Positions 8,528-19,173 are shown, numbered from the stretch's first letter. The stretch is 64,000 nt of DNA from Gemmatimonadota bacterium (GCA_039586095.1 JBDHLB010000007.1:3941-67940), one strand, 5' to 3'. Notes: generated by a model not told the origin, from the letters alone. Made by a program: numbers and translations.

Positions 8528-8905
8528 TCAGAACACGCTGACGTGCGAGTGAGCGACGTCGTGCTCGATCACCCATTCGACGAAGTCGCCCGGGTCGACC
8601 AGTACATCCTCCGACAGGTAGTTGCGCGAGGATCCGATCAGTACGGCAAGGAACCGAAGCTCGGGGCTACCACCGAAGGAGCCGGGCGGCAGTGTGAAGG
8701 TCTCGGTCCGGAACGTCGACACCAGGCCGAGTGACAGTCGACGGCCGCCCGAAATCACGTACGCGTGGATCGTGTTCCAGTTGCGGTTGGTGACCTCGAT
8801 CACCGTTTCCGCCCGCGGCGCGTCGACCGACCCTCCGCCAGACGATGCGCAGCCGAACAGGTTCAGCCCTGTCGCCAGGAGGCCGATCCGGATCGATGTG
8901 TTCAT
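8528..8905 (-). CDS. hypothetical lipoprotein
   Basis: 125 aa with a signal peptide and lipobox (GLNLFGCASS). No recognisable domain. Confidence 0.55.
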   Translation of the reverse strand: MNTSIRIGLLATGLNLFGCASSGGGSVDAPRAETVIEVTNRNWNTIHAYVISGGRRLSLGLVSTFRTETFTLPPGSFGGSPELRFLAVLIGSSRNYLSEDVLVDPGDFVEWVIEHDVAHSHVSVF

Positions 8906-8934
8906 GGGTGGGTCACAACCCCTTTCCTGCCGGG

Positions 8935-9789
8935 TCAGGCAGCATCACGCGGCAGCCCATCCTCGAGCCGCTGGAGCACCGCGCCCGGGTTGTCGGCATT
9001 GAGCCAGTGCCCGCCAGCGATCCGGTGCAGGTAGACGGCTTCTGAACGCGTACGCTCGATGCGCGAGCACTCCTCTTCCGTGAGCACATCCGACTCGCTG
9101 GCTTTCACGAAGTGGAGCTCCACGCCTGCGGGAGGGTGCTCAACGACCTCCCAGGCATCTACACGGAAGAAGTCCACTAGCATCGTCTCGACTCCGTCCA
9201 GGTCGAAACGCCAGCGGTAGACCTCACCCCTTCGTACGAGGTTCGTGACCATCCAACGAGCCACGGAAGGCGCGAAGCCCGATGCCACGAGACCCGCTGC
9301 TGCCGTACCGCGGTCTGGGAAGCGATCGTGTTCCCGTACGAAGTCCAGCATGTCGACGGCCGCCCCCGCTGGAGACCGGCTCGCGGGTGTGGAGTCCATG
9401 ACCCACACCTGACGCAAACTGTCGTCGGCCCGTCGTGCGTAGAGCAGCGCCACCTTGCCTCCAAAGGAATGACCGATGAGAGCCTGCGGCCCCGTGTCCA
9501 GGTAACGACCGAGCTTCCGCAGGTCGCCGGCGCACGCCTCGAGGTTATGGGGCGGCCCAAAACCTTGGGAATCGGCGTGCAGTCGCAGATCGACGAGGAC
9601 GGCGCCCCAGTCGGGCCGTCGCTCGACGAGTCGGCGCGCGATGCTCGCCCAGTTCCGACCTGCCCCGTAGATGCCATGCAGAACGAAGATCCACGCCGTG
9701 GGAGTCGCGCCACGTGCCGTGACGGGGCGGTGGCTCAGAATCGGATCAGCCTTATCCTCCGCGTGGCGTTCCCCTTTGTTCACCGACAT
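8935..9789 (-). CDS. alpha/beta-fold hydrolase
   Basis: 284 aa with the nucleophile elbow GHSFGG and C-terminal His/Asp regions typical of the fold. It could be a MenH-type or another esterase. Confidence 0.75.
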   Translation of the reverse strand: MSVNKGERHAEDKADPILSHRPVTARGATPTAWIFVLHGIYGAGRNWASIARRLVERRPDWGAVLVDLRLHADSQGFGPPHNLEACAGDLRKLGRYLDTGPQALIGHSFGGKVALLYARRADDSLRQVWVMDSTPASRSPAGAAVDMLDFVREHDRFPDRGTAAAGLVASGFAPSVARWMVTNLVRRGEVYRWRFDLDGVETMLVDFFRVDAWEVVEHPPAGVELHFVKASESDVLTEEECSRIERTRSEAVYLHRIAGGHWLNADNPGAVLQRLEDGLPRDAA

Positions 9790-9891
9790 GTATTATGGGC
9801 CTCGCGTCGAGCCGTTCGCCAAGACGGTCATAAGGCCGACAACCGTCGCCGTGGACGGGCCGAAGTTAGAGCCTTCACGAGGCCACAGCGA

Positions 9892-10968
9892 ATGAAAGCA
9901 GACCGCGCACCCGCGCGCACAGCGAACGAGAGTCTCGGGATGGCGGGCCGCTGCCCTCCGCGGTTCGAGCCGCGGCCTTACAGGGCGCCCTGGTGGCTCG
10001 GGAACGCACATCTGCAGACGGTAACCGCTCGGCTGCTCCGTGCGGTCGCGTCGGTCGAGTACAGGCGGGAGAGGATCGATACGCCGGACGGAGACTTTAT
10101 TGATCTCGATTTCGCGGTCGAGCCGACCGATGGCCCGTTCGTTCTGGTGCTCCACGGTCTCGAGGGGTGCTCGCGTTCCGGCTATGTGAAGCAGGCTTGC
10201 CGGGCCCTCGCGGCGATGGGCCTCCGGACCGTGGCACTCAATTTTCGGTCACGGAGCGGTGAACCGAACCGCCTTCCCGGCTCCTATCACGCCGGGCGAA
10301 CGGACGACCTTCGGACCGTGCTGCGCCTGTTGAGGAGCCGCTCCCCCGGTTCGGCTATGGGCGCCGTGGGCTTTTCGCTCGGCGGCAACGTGCTCTTGAA
10401 GTACCTCGGCGAGACAAAGGGGCCGGCCGACAGCTATCTGAACGCCGCGGTGGCGGTATCGGTGCCATTCGACTTGTCGCGAGCCGCGGATTGCATGGAG
10501 CGGGGATGGGGCAAACTGTACGGCTGGCGCTTCCTGCGGTTGCTGCGCCGCTCGGCACGGGCCAAGGCGCGGCTCTTCCCGGATGCGTTCGATCTGGGAG
10601 CCATCGCGAGGGCACAAAGCGTAAGAGCGTTCGACGACGCCGTGACGGCACCGCTGCATGGGTTCCGAGATGTCGCGCATTATTACGCCGAGGCCAGCAG
10701 CGGCGGCTATCTGCGCGAAGTCCGTGTGCCCACGTTGCTGCTCCACGCCCGCAATGATCCGCTGATCCCGTTCGACTCGGTTCCGCTTGCGACGATCCGG
10801 GACAACGCGTGTTTGCAGGCCGTGCTGCCGCGAGGCGGGGGACACGTCGGATTCGTGTCCGCCGGTCGGAGCGGTCCGCGGTTTTGGGCGGAGGCGGAAG
10901 CCGGCCGCTTTCTGGCAGGCGCCCTGGGGGCCGATCTCGCGCAGCACCCCGTGCGCAGTCGGGTGTAG
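9892..10968 (+). CDS. alpha/beta hydrolase, YheT/ABHD-type
   Basis: In-frame ATG at 9892 (MKADRAP...). Motifs: HGLEG oxyanion region, GFSLGGN nucleophile elbow and a C-terminal GGGHVGF. The ORF-track start at 9328 would overlap the convergent hydrolase gene, so the downstream start is preferred. Confidence 0.75.
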   Translation: MKADRAPARTANESLGMAGRCPPRFEPRPYRAPWWLGNAHLQTVTARLLRAVASVEYRRERIDTPDGDFIDLDFAVEPTDGPFVLVLHGLEGCSRSGYVKQACRALAAMGLRTVALNFRSRSGEPNRLPGSYHAGRTDDLRTVLRLLRSRSPGSAMGAVGFSLGGNVLLKYLGETKGPADSYLNAAVAVSVPFDLSRAADCMERGWGKLYGWRFLRLLRRSARAKARLFPDAFDLGAIARAQSVRAFDDAVTAPLHGFRDVAHYYAEASSGGYLREVRVPTLLLHARNDPLIPFDSVPLATIRDNACLQAVLPRGGGHVGFVSAGRSGPRFWAEAEAGRFLAGALGADLAQHPVRSRV

Positions 10969-11058
10969 CATGGTCCGATCGAACAGCAGGCCGGCTGGTC
11001 GAACAGTAGACGGGATCGAGGATATCCCGTTTGTAGATAGAAGCACGCGGAGGAGCGG

Positions 11059-11508
11059 ATGACGACGGGCACTCAGGCGCAGGGGCGATACGCCACATTA
11101 CGGTGTCAGTTTTGCCTGACGCTGAACCGAATCGACCTGGATCGGGCGGCGGAGCGGCCCAAGTGCGGTGACTGCGGCCGGCCAATGCTCCTGGATCGAC
11201 CGGTCAAGGTCACCGCCGATGAGTTCGATCGGGTGATCGCCGACTCCGACGTGCCGGTACTGGTGGACTTCTATGCGGATTGGTGCGGCCCGTGCAAGGT
11301 GATGGCTCCGATTCTCGACGAACTCGCGCGCGAGCGGCTGGGCCATCTGCTGGTCGCCAAGCTGGACACGGATGCCAACCCGGATGTCTCCCGGCGCTTC
11401 GGCATCCGGGGAATCCCCACGTTGATCCTCTTCCGCGACGGAGACGAGACCGGACGCGAGGTCGGCGCCGTTCCGAGAAGCAGCATCGAGGCCCTGATCG
11501 AGCGCTAG
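11059..11508 (+). CDS. trxC: thioredoxin with N-terminal zinc-ribbon (Trx2-type)
   Basis: CxxC...CxxC zinc finger (CQFC...CGDC) followed by the WCGPC active site. Confidence 0.85.
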   Translation: MTTGTQAQGRYATLRCQFCLTLNRIDLDRAAERPKCGDCGRPMLLDRPVKVTADEFDRVIADSDVPVLVDFYADWCGPCKVMAPILDELARERLGHLLVAKLDTDANPDVSRRFGIRGIPTLILFRDGDETGREVGAVPRSSIEALIER

Positions 11509-11598
11509 GCGGGGCTCGCGGGCGACGCGGTGTGGCCGCGACCAGCGCGGCGGCCCGCAGCATCGAGCCCTTCCCCCTCACAGCAGCTCCCGATAAAG

Positions 11599-11634
11599 GA
11601 GAACCGGCGGCTGGATATCCAGCCGCCGGTTCTC
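11599..11634. terminator. perfect 16-bp-stem hairpin between convergent trx and susD-like genes (bidirectional terminator candidate)
   Basis: gagaaccggcggctgg-atat-ccagccgccggttctc is a perfect inverted repeat. A second imperfect hairpin lies near 11672..11703. Confidence 0.5.
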
Positions 11635-11704
11635 CCGGACGAAGCGCCATGCGCTCCGCCTGTCTCAACTGACCGTCGGTCCGGTCGTTCCTTCCGACCG
11701 ACCG

Positions 11705-13120
11705 CTACTGGCGCGCTGCGGTCTCGTCGATCGGAATCGGGTAGGCCGCGTTCACGACGTGCGTCGGTATGTCGAGCGGCAGCTCATCGAGCTTGTTGTA
11801 GCGCCGCATGTCGATCCAGCGGTGTCCACCCTCGTACAGCAACGAGTAACGCTTCTCGTACAGAAGCTGGTCCATTGCCTGATCGGCGTCGGTGAGCGTG
11901 ACCGGCGGTAGACCCCCCGCCCGCTGACGAACGACGTTGATGTCCGTCTGGGCCGCCCCCAGGTTGCCGAGCCCGATGTTCGCCTCGGCGCGGAGCAGGA
12001 TCAGTTCCTCGTTCCGGATGATCGGAATCGGCGTCGTGCTGGTCGAGTAGATGTCGAATCCGATGTCACACGTCGGAAACGCCGACTGCGGCGTGCACAG
12101 GACCCCGTTGTACGAGCGCGAAGCGATCTCGCGGGTCTTGGCCACGAAACGATCGTCGGGCGTCCCATCCAGCTTCAACTCCACATCCTCACCGAGCGAC
12201 GGGTGCGCTCGTAGATTCGGATCACCGCCCGGCTGGAAGAGCTCGTTCGTGCGGTCGCCCGATCCGGTGCTGAAGGTGTGGTACACTCCGTTATCTAGGG
12301 ACCCCGCCGCCCTCAGAAAGGATTCGCCCAGAGCGGTGAGCGCGATCGAGTAATCGCCCATGTAGACGGCCACCCGCGCCCGAATCCCCCGATTGAACTG
12401 CCGGAACGTCGCGGGAGTGTCGAACCCGCTGAAGCCGCTCGACAGCCGGAAGGGGAACGCCGTGGCGCCCTGCAGGTGTCCGTTGGCTTCCTCGAGCAAC
12501 TGTACGATGTGATCGAACACCTGCTCCTTGGAGGCGTTCGGCGCGGGCGTGCGCGGGTCCTCCGCGATCGTGATCGGGCACCCGCAGTTGGTGTCCCGCG
12601 TGTTCACGAGCGACAGGAACTCCAGCGCCTGCATCGTCTTGGCGAAGCCGCGCAACGCTTCCTTCTCGCCTGCAGAAACCTCGGCATCGTCCACCTCATC
12701 CGTTCCATCGAGCAGAATGTCCGCCAGCTTGATGTTGGCGTACGGCTCGGCCCAGTAGTTGCCTCCGAAGGCGGGGCTGGAGGCCTGTAGTGATCCGGCC
12801 AGCATCTCGCTCTCGAAGCGCGGGTCGGCCACGTCGTGGTTGTAGGACTCGCGACCCAGAATCCCCAACATCGAAACCAGGTCGTTCGGGCCCAGATGAT
12901 ACTGTCGGTATCCGATGATTAGCCCCTGCGCGGTCGTCGCGAGTCCGGCCCGGTCTGGATTCGACGTCAGCTCCTCGAGATCACCGAAGTTCGAGTTCGG
13001 CGACGTGAGGTTCTGACAGCCTGCCAGCCCGACCAGAACCGCGGCCGCGAACAGCGGCCCAACGATTCTTTTCAACATGATCTCCGCTCCATTCCTTGGA
13101 TTCGTTCGCTCTGTCTTCAT
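11705..13120 (-). CDS. SusD/RagB-family nutrient-binding outer-membrane lipoprotein
   Basis: 471 aa with a lipoprotein signal (VLVGLAGCQNL) and SusD-like TPR-ish helical content. It lies 15 bp downstream of the SusC-like gene in the classic tandem arrangement. Confidence 0.8.
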   Translation of the reverse strand: MKTERTNPRNGAEIMLKRIVGPLFAAAVLVGLAGCQNLTSPNSNFGDLEELTSNPDRAGLATTAQGLIIGYRQYHLGPNDLVSMLGILGRESYNHDVADPRFESEMLAGSLQASSPAFGGNYWAEPYANIKLADILLDGTDEVDDAEVSAGEKEALRGFAKTMQALEFLSLVNTRDTNCGCPITIAEDPRTPAPNASKEQVFDHIVQLLEEANGHLQGATAFPFRLSSGFSGFDTPATFRQFNRGIRARVAVYMGDYSIALTALGESFLRAAGSLDNGVYHTFSTGSGDRTNELFQPGGDPNLRAHPSLGEDVELKLDGTPDDRFVAKTREIASRSYNGVLCTPQSAFPTCDIGFDIYSTSTTPIPIIRNEELILLRAEANIGLGNLGAAQTDINVVRQRAGGLPPVTLTDADQAMDQLLYEKRYSLLYEGGHRWIDMRRYNKLDELPLDIPTHVVNAAYPIPIDETAARQ

Positions 13121-13135
13121 CGTCGTTCCCTTCGA

Positions 13136-16028
13136 TCAGAGGCGGAGATCGAAGCCGAACCAGAAGCTGCGGCTCGGTGGGAACGGAGCCACATCGATCG
13201 AGCGTCCGACCTGCTGCGTTCCGAAGTTGCTCACCTCGGGATCCAGACCACGGTAGTTCGTCACCGTGAACAGGTTGCGGCCGCTCGCTCTGAGCCGGAT
13301 CTGATCGAAGAAGCCGTTGAAGATCCGCGACGTCACGCTCTCGGGAAGCGTGTAGCTGAGCGCGATCTCGCGTGCCTTGAAGAACGAAGCGCGTTGCGTG
13401 TACGGAAGCGCCCACCCGTTCACGAACCCGGCCAGGCGTTCGGCACCGCTGCAGTCCGGGCGGCACGACTCGGTCGAGAAATCCGAGCTGGCGTTGAAGA
13501 AATCGTTCGGATCCCCAAAGTCGGCGCTGTTGACCGCCCCGTCGTACAGCAGCTCGGTCAGGTTCACGACCGACTGTCCCTGCCGCCACTCGAAGAGGGT
13601 GTAGATTTGGAAGTCGCCCAGCTGGAAGTCGTTCGCGAAGTTCATGTTGAAGTCGGGATCGGAATTCCCCGTCGAGACGCGTGACCTCACTCCGATTCAT
13701 GAAGAAGCTGGTGCGCGAGTTCCAGGTGAAGCCGCTTCGGACGATCGGCGTGACGCCCAGCGCGGCCTCGAAACCGTAGTTGCGCAGCTCCCCGCCGTTG
13801 AAGATCACGTCGGCGAAACCGGTCGACGGAGCGACGGTGGCCTCGATGATGAGGTTATCGACGTTCTGCAGGTAACCGGTCAGCTCGAGGCTGGCCCGTC
13901 CGTCGAAAGCGAGGATGTCGACGCCGCCTTCGAACTCGGTCATACGCTCGGGCTCCAGAGCCTCGCCGCCTCCCACCGTGCCCTCGATCTGAAAGCCGCC
14001 GATGCCCTCGATGTTGTTGTCCAGCTCGAGGCTGGTGAACTTCTGGCACCCTTCGCGCGGGTCACAGGTGGGCGGGTTGCCCGTCTGACCGACCGCGGCC
14101 CGCAGCTTCACCTCGTCCACGAAACCGCCCACATCGGGGAAACGGTACGAGGCAGCCCCCTTCGGGAAGACGAACAGCTTGGTCGGATCGCCGTTGGCGG
14201 AGCTTTGGTCGAACCGGACCATCCCCGTAAGGAGAAGCCGGTTGTCCAGCAGCAGGACTTCCTCCTGTACGAAGAATCCGAAGTCCTCGACGTTGGCTCG
14301 ATTCTCTCGAATCTGCACCTCGGTGGCCGCATCAGGCTTGTTCTTGCCGCCGGTCAGATCCCGTCCGACCAAACGCGAGATCGTGAGGCTCACGTCGTCG
14401 TAGTTGAAGCCGAAGGATGTCGTTGCCGTGAGCGCGCTCGACGGCGTCCACCGCCAGATCCCGTTCACGTTCACGTTGAAGTTCAGGTTGTTTGTGTTGC
14501 TGAGCAGCGAGGTACCGGGCCGCCCGTCAAAGCTCTCATAGTGGAGCGCCGGGGGAGAGAAGATCCGGTTTTCCTGCGTGAAGAAGTCGACCCCTCCGGT
14601 CGCCACGATGTTCACGCGGTGCGTGCCGTTGTCGATCAGCCCCACATCCACGTTCCCCGAGGCCAGGAGCCTCCAGACATCCTCATCGTTTTCCAGCAGT
14701 GCGGCGGTCTGCAGCGGGTTGCTCCCGTTCCCCACGAACGGGTTCACGGGGAACGTCCCGTCCGGCTGTTGTCCCAGATCGATGAAGTTCGGCGTGCCCG
14801 GGAACACCATGTACCAGCTGGTCTGGCTATTGTCGTTGTTGGTCAGACCGCGGCTGGCGACGGTGTGTATGACGTTGGTGTTGAGTGAGATCTCGGTCAT
14901 GCCGAGTCGGGTGCGAAGGTTCGCCCGCGCCGCCTGCCGCTCGAAGCCGGTGTTGTCGACGATGCCCTCGTCGTTCTTCCACACGGCGGAGCCGAAGTAC
15001 TGCACGCCCTCGGCCGTTCCGCCGCTCACGCTGCTGGACAGGTCCCACGAGAGGGCGTTGCGTCCTGCCAAGCCCGCTTCGTGATCGAACGTCACGCCGG
15101 GTTGAAAGAAGCTGCGCGCCGTCTCTCCGAAGGTGCCGACGGCCTCCTCGACGTCCCCGAAGGTGCGAAATCCGAGCGTGTTGCGGAGATCGAAGTAGCC
15201 GCCCAGGGCGCTCACGCGTACCTGTGGTGGCCCGACCTGACCGCGCTTCGTGGTGATGATCACCACGCCGTTGCTGGCCTTCACACCGTAGATGGCGGCC
15301 GCCGACGCACCCTTCAAGATCTCGATGCTCTCGATGTCATCCGGGTTGATGTCGGAGATCCGATTCGTGAGCGCGTCCTGCTCCAGCGACGGGTTGGAGC
15401 CGCCCGCGGCATCCGTGATCTCGTTCTGGTTGCTCGGAATCGCGATGTTGCTCACCACGACACCGTCGATCACGTAGAGCGGCTCCGCAGCGGCGTTCAC
15501 CGAGGAGGACCCTCGAATGTTCAGCTGCAGGCCGCCGCCGGGCGCCCCCGTGTTGCTGGCGATCACCGCCCCGGCGACGCGGCCCTGCAGCGCCTTGTCC
15601 AGAGTCTGCTGCGGCACCGCCTCGAGCTCCTCACCCTGGATCGACTCCACCGGGTTCGGAGCGTTGACCCGCCGGGTCTCCGTAGCCCGACCGGTGACGA
15701 CCAGCTCCTCCACCCGCAGGTAGTCGATCTCGAGGTTTACCGTCACCGTGTTCTGGCCCGCGGGAACCGCCACTTCGAGTGACTGATACCCGATCCGCTG
15801 GACCACGAGCATCACGTCGCCCGCGGGCACGTTTTCGAGTGCGAACGTTCCGTTCTGGCTCCCGACCGTTCCGATGGCCATTCCGCGCACTGCGACCTGC
15901 GGGAACTCCACGGGCTCGCCCGACTGAGCGTCGGTCACGGTCCCGCGGATCGTTCGCTCCTGCGCGAACAGCCCTCCGGTGGAGAAGAGCAAGAACAACG
16001 AGATCAGCGCACAAAGCCTGTACCTCAT
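13136..16028 (-). CDS. SusC/RagA-type TonB-linked outer-membrane receptor, with an apparent frameshift near 13661-13670
   Basis: N-terminal signal peptide, a carboxypeptidase-regulatory-like domain (RTIRGTVTDAQSGEPVEFPQV), a TonB plug and a long barrel. The authentic barrel C-terminus (...NYRGLDPEVSNFG...SFWFGFDLRL) is in a different frame (ORF 13136..13690). The 1015-aa ORF 12981..16028 continues as Arg-rich junk after ...FFMNRSEVTRLDGEF. The frame change sits at a homopolymer (cccc at 13667-13670). Confidence 0.7.
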
Positions 16029-16513
16029 GTGAACCTGCCTTGCCGTGGATACACGTCTCCTGGTTGTAAGACGTCCGCCGCATTTAGGCCGACGTCCGCG
16101 ACCAGTCTTTGCTGTTCTTATAGAGAGGCCGGAGAGCGGCCGGAGAATTCATGCAAGAGGTCTGGATCCTGGGGGGCACCCAGGCGCGGCAGCAGCCGTC
16201 ATGAGGCGACCGCGTTACCGCACGAGAAAAGACCGCTTCGCCTCGCGTGCTTCGAGAGGCCATGCGCTTCTTCCCCTTCAAACACACGTGTCTGGCCACC
16301 GCCGCCCGACCGTTCCTGCCGGGTTTCCCCACGGGCCGTGGTTCAGGACGTGAACGAATTTGGGCGAACGGGGGTTCCACTGCAAGCAAATGCGACGTTT
16401 AGGAAGCCCAGCGCGTGCGGATCACGCTGTCACAAAAAGAGTTCGGTGAGGGCAACGTTCAGCGGACGGAGGGTGGGACGGGGAAGATTCGGGGTGAAGA
16501 CGCGAGCGGATCG

Positions 16514-17386
16514 ATGTTGATGCGGGTGCTGATAGAGGCCGGGATCGGGCAAACAGACGACGGCAAGGATCTGATCACGGCCGCCCGAGCCGCCCTGCGA
16601 GGGGGACAGGCTGCGCTCCCGTTCTACGGAGACGCGACGGTCGATGTACGGTCCAAGGGAGCCGGCGGCCCCGTCACGGAGGCCGACCACGCCTCGAACG
16701 AAGCCATCCTGAAGCTTCTCGAACGGGAACGACCGGAGGACCCCGTTCTCAGCGAAGAATCGCCTTCCCCTTCGCCCGCCCGGCCCGCGGACCGGTTGTG
16801 GATCGTGGATCCCCTGGACGGCACGAAGGAGTTCCTGGCCGGGAACGGCGAGTTCAGCGTCATGGTGGGTCTGTCTCGGGATGGCGCTGCGGTCCTGGGC
16901 GCCGTGTTCGAGCCCGATATCGGGCGTCTGTACCTGGGCGCGATCGGCCTCGGCGCGTGGCGGGTCGACCGTCCGCTCGACGCCCCGTCGATCCGACCGC
17001 TCGATGCGGCCCGCACGGCGGTCGATCGCCTGCGCTTCGTCCGCTCCCGCTCACACCCCTCAGAACGACTGCGACGCCTGGAGGCTCAGCTCGGCGACTT
17101 CACACCGGTGGTGTCGGGATCTGTGGGGGTCAAGTGTGCTCTCATCACGAACGGGGAAGCCGATCTGTATGTGCATCCGGTGCCCTACCTGAAGGAGTGG
17201 GATACGTGCGCCCCGGAAGCCGTGGTTCGGGCGGCGGGCGGTCGGGTGACGGACTGTGCGGGCGGGCCGCTCGCGTACGGAAAGCCGCAGCCCGTGCAGC
17301 CAGGCGGGATCTTCGCCGCCACTCACGACGTGTGGTCCCTCGTGGCACCGATTGTGCTGCGAGAAACGCGGGACATGTTCGAGTGA
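16514..17386 (+). CDS. cysQ: 3'(2'),5'-bisphosphate nucleotidase CysQ (inositol monophosphatase family)
   Basis: IMPase-family motifs EESP...WIVDPLDGTKEF and the CysQ-type C-terminus. The start was chosen at MLMRVLIEAG; the ORF extends upstream to 16415. Confidence 0.7.
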   Translation: MLMRVLIEAGIGQTDDGKDLITAARAALRGGQAALPFYGDATVDVRSKGAGGPVTEADHASNEAILKLLERERPEDPVLSEESPSPSPARPADRLWIVDPLDGTKEFLAGNGEFSVMVGLSRDGAAVLGAVFEPDIGRLYLGAIGLGAWRVDRPLDAPSIRPLDAARTAVDRLRFVRSRSHPSERLRRLEAQLGDFTPVVSGSVGVKCALITNGEADLYVHPVPYLKEWDTCAPEAVVRAAGGRVTDCAGGPLAYGKPQPVQPGGIFAATHDVWSLVAPIVLRETRDMFE

Positions 17387-17435
17387 TCCACGTATCTTGC
17401 GGGATCCGATCGCGAGGGTCGGGGAGGCGTAGCGA

Positions 17436-17924
17436 ATGGAGCGAGGTGTGGGTGACCTGAGATCCGACAACGTCGTCTGGCAGACGGATCCAGTCAGTCG
17501 TGAAGAGCGTGAGGAGCGCCGAGGTCATCGCGGTGTCGTTCTGTGGCTCACCGGCCTCTCGGCGAGCGGCAAGAGCACCCTCGCCATGGAAGCGGAGAAG
17601 CGCCTCTTCGAGCAGGGCTACTTCAGCTACGTGCTGGACGGCGACAACGTACGACACGGACTCAACGGCGATCTGGGCTTTTCTCCGGAGGATCGGGTCG
17701 AGAACATCCGGCGCGTGGGAGAGGTGGCCAAGCTGTTCGCGGAGGCCGGCGCGATCGTCCTGACCGCATTCATCTCACCCCCCTACGAGCCACCGAGCGA
17801 CCCTGAACTGATCGTCGAAACGAACGTCCACGACGTGGACGAATGTGTGGGACGCATCATCGGATATCTGAGCGATCACGGGTACGTCCGCGGCGTCGAC
17901 CCGCTGCGTGCGCTCTCGGGCTGA
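17436..17924 (+). CDS. cysC: adenylyl-sulfate (APS) kinase homolog with an internal ~50-aa deletion
   Basis: The N-terminal 115 aa align almost residue-for-residue with E. coli CysC ([19 protein letters not shown]...DGDNVRHGL...[12 protein letters not shown]...VLTAFISP). The segment corresponding to E. coli HRAERQ...FIEVFVDTPL...DPKGLYKKARAGE...FTGID is absent. Confidence 0.7.
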   Translation: MERGVGDLRSDNVVWQTDPVSREEREERRGHRGVVLWLTGLSASGKSTLAMEAEKRLFEQGYFSYVLDGDNVRHGLNGDLGFSPEDRVENIRRVGEVAKLFAEAGAIVLTAFISPPYEPPSDPELIVETNVHDVDECVGRIIGYLSDHGYVRGVDPLRALSG

Positions 17925-17931
17925 GCCTACC

Positions 17932-19173
17932 ATGGGTTCGACGCGGGCTGCGTCCTCGGCCACACGCCCGGTGACGTCCCATCCGACCGACTCGAACAAG
18001 CCCGAGTCGAGCACCGTGCCAGGGCCGATCGCGCCGTACGGGGGCCGGCTCGTGGACCGCACGGTGCGACCCGACAGGCGACGGCAACTCGTCGAGCGGG
18101 CGGGGTCGCTGCCGGAGCTGCGGCTCGATGGCCGAGTTCTTAGTGACCTGTACCTGCTGTCGGTTGGAGCGTTCTCTCCCCTTGTCGGCTTCATGAGCCG
18201 TGAGACGTATGTGTCGGTCGTCGAGGAGATGTCGCTCCCGATGGGACTTCCGTGGACGATTCCTGTCGTGTTGCCTGTGGGGGCGGATGAGGTGACGGGC
18301 TTCGGACCCGGGGACGAAGTGGCCCTGCTCGCTCCGAGCGGAGAGCTGGCCGGCACGCTCGAGGTGAGCGAGGTGTTTGCGCGCGACGTGGAGCGGGAGG
18401 CCGAGCGGGTGTACGGCACGACCGACTCCGCTCATCCGGGCGTGGCCGCGATACAGGCTCAGGGGACGCATTGTCTATCCGGCGCCGTGCACTATGCGTA
18501 CACGAACGACATCAGCGGCTTTCCGGCCGATCATCTCACGCCCGAAGCCACTCGACGACACTTCGAGGAGGCCGGCTGGCGTTCGGTGGTGGCGTTCCAG
18601 ACCCGCAATCCGATCCACCGGGCGCACGAATATTTGCAGAAGTGTGCTCTGGAGATCGTGGAGGGGCTTCTCGTCCACCCGCTCGTGGGGGAAACGAAGT
18701 CGGACGACGTGCCCGCCGAGGTGCGTATGGAGTGCTATCGGGTCCTCCTGGAGCGCTACTTCCCCGGCGATCGCGTCCTGCTGTCGGTTCTGCCGGCCGC
18801 CATGCGCTACGCGGGCCCGCGCGAGGCAGTGTTTCACGCGATCATGCGCCGCAACTATGGCTGCACGCACCTTATCGTGGGCCGGGACCACGCTGGCGTC
18901 GGTGACTTCTACGGCACCTACGACGCCCAGCGAATCTTCGACGAAATCGACGCGGATGCGCTCGGCATCCGCCCGCTCAACTTCGAGCACGCGTTCTATT
19001 GCCGACTCACCCAGCAGATGGCGACCTCCAAGACGTCGCCCGCCGATCCCGACCAGCGGGTCTTTCTCTCGGGCACCAAGCTGCGCGAAATGCTCCGCCG
19101 TGGTGAGCGGCCCCCCGCCGAGTTCACCCGGCCCGAGGTCGCGAACATCCTCCTGCAGGCGTACCGGGATTGA
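17932..19173 (+). CDS. sat: sulfate adenylyltransferase (ATP sulfurylase)
   Basis: Motifs QTRNPIHRAHE and GRDHAGVG and the full ATP-sulfurylase domain. It is contiguous with cysC. Confidence 0.85.
   Translation: MGSTRAASSATRPVTSHPTDSNKPESSTVPGPIAPYGGRLVDRTVRPDRRRQLVERAGSLPELRLDGRVLSDLYLLSVGAFSPLVGFMSRETYVSVVEEMSLPMGLPWTIPVVLPVGADEVTGFGPGDEVALLAPSGELAGTLEVSEVFARDVEREAERVYGTTDSAHPGVAAIQAQGTHCLSGAVHYAYTNDISGFPADHLTPEATRRHFEEAGWRSVVAFQTRNPIHRAHEYLQKCALEIVEGLLVHPLVGETKSDDVPAEVRMECYRVLLERYFPGDRVLLSVLPAAMRYAGPREAVFHAIMRRNYGCTHLIVGRDHAGVGDFYGTYDAQRIFDEIDADALGIRPLNFEHAFYCRLTQQMATSKTSPADPDQRVFLSGTKLREMLRRGERPPAEFTRPEVANILLQAYRD

Noticed and set aside
9328-9891. N-terminal 188 codons of ORF 9328..10968
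   Set aside because: They overlap the convergent alpha/beta hydrolase gene, and the composition is non-coding-like. The in-frame ATG at 9892 starts the conserved domain.
13644-14888. 414-aa plus ORF
   Set aside because: It is the antisense of the SusC-like gene.
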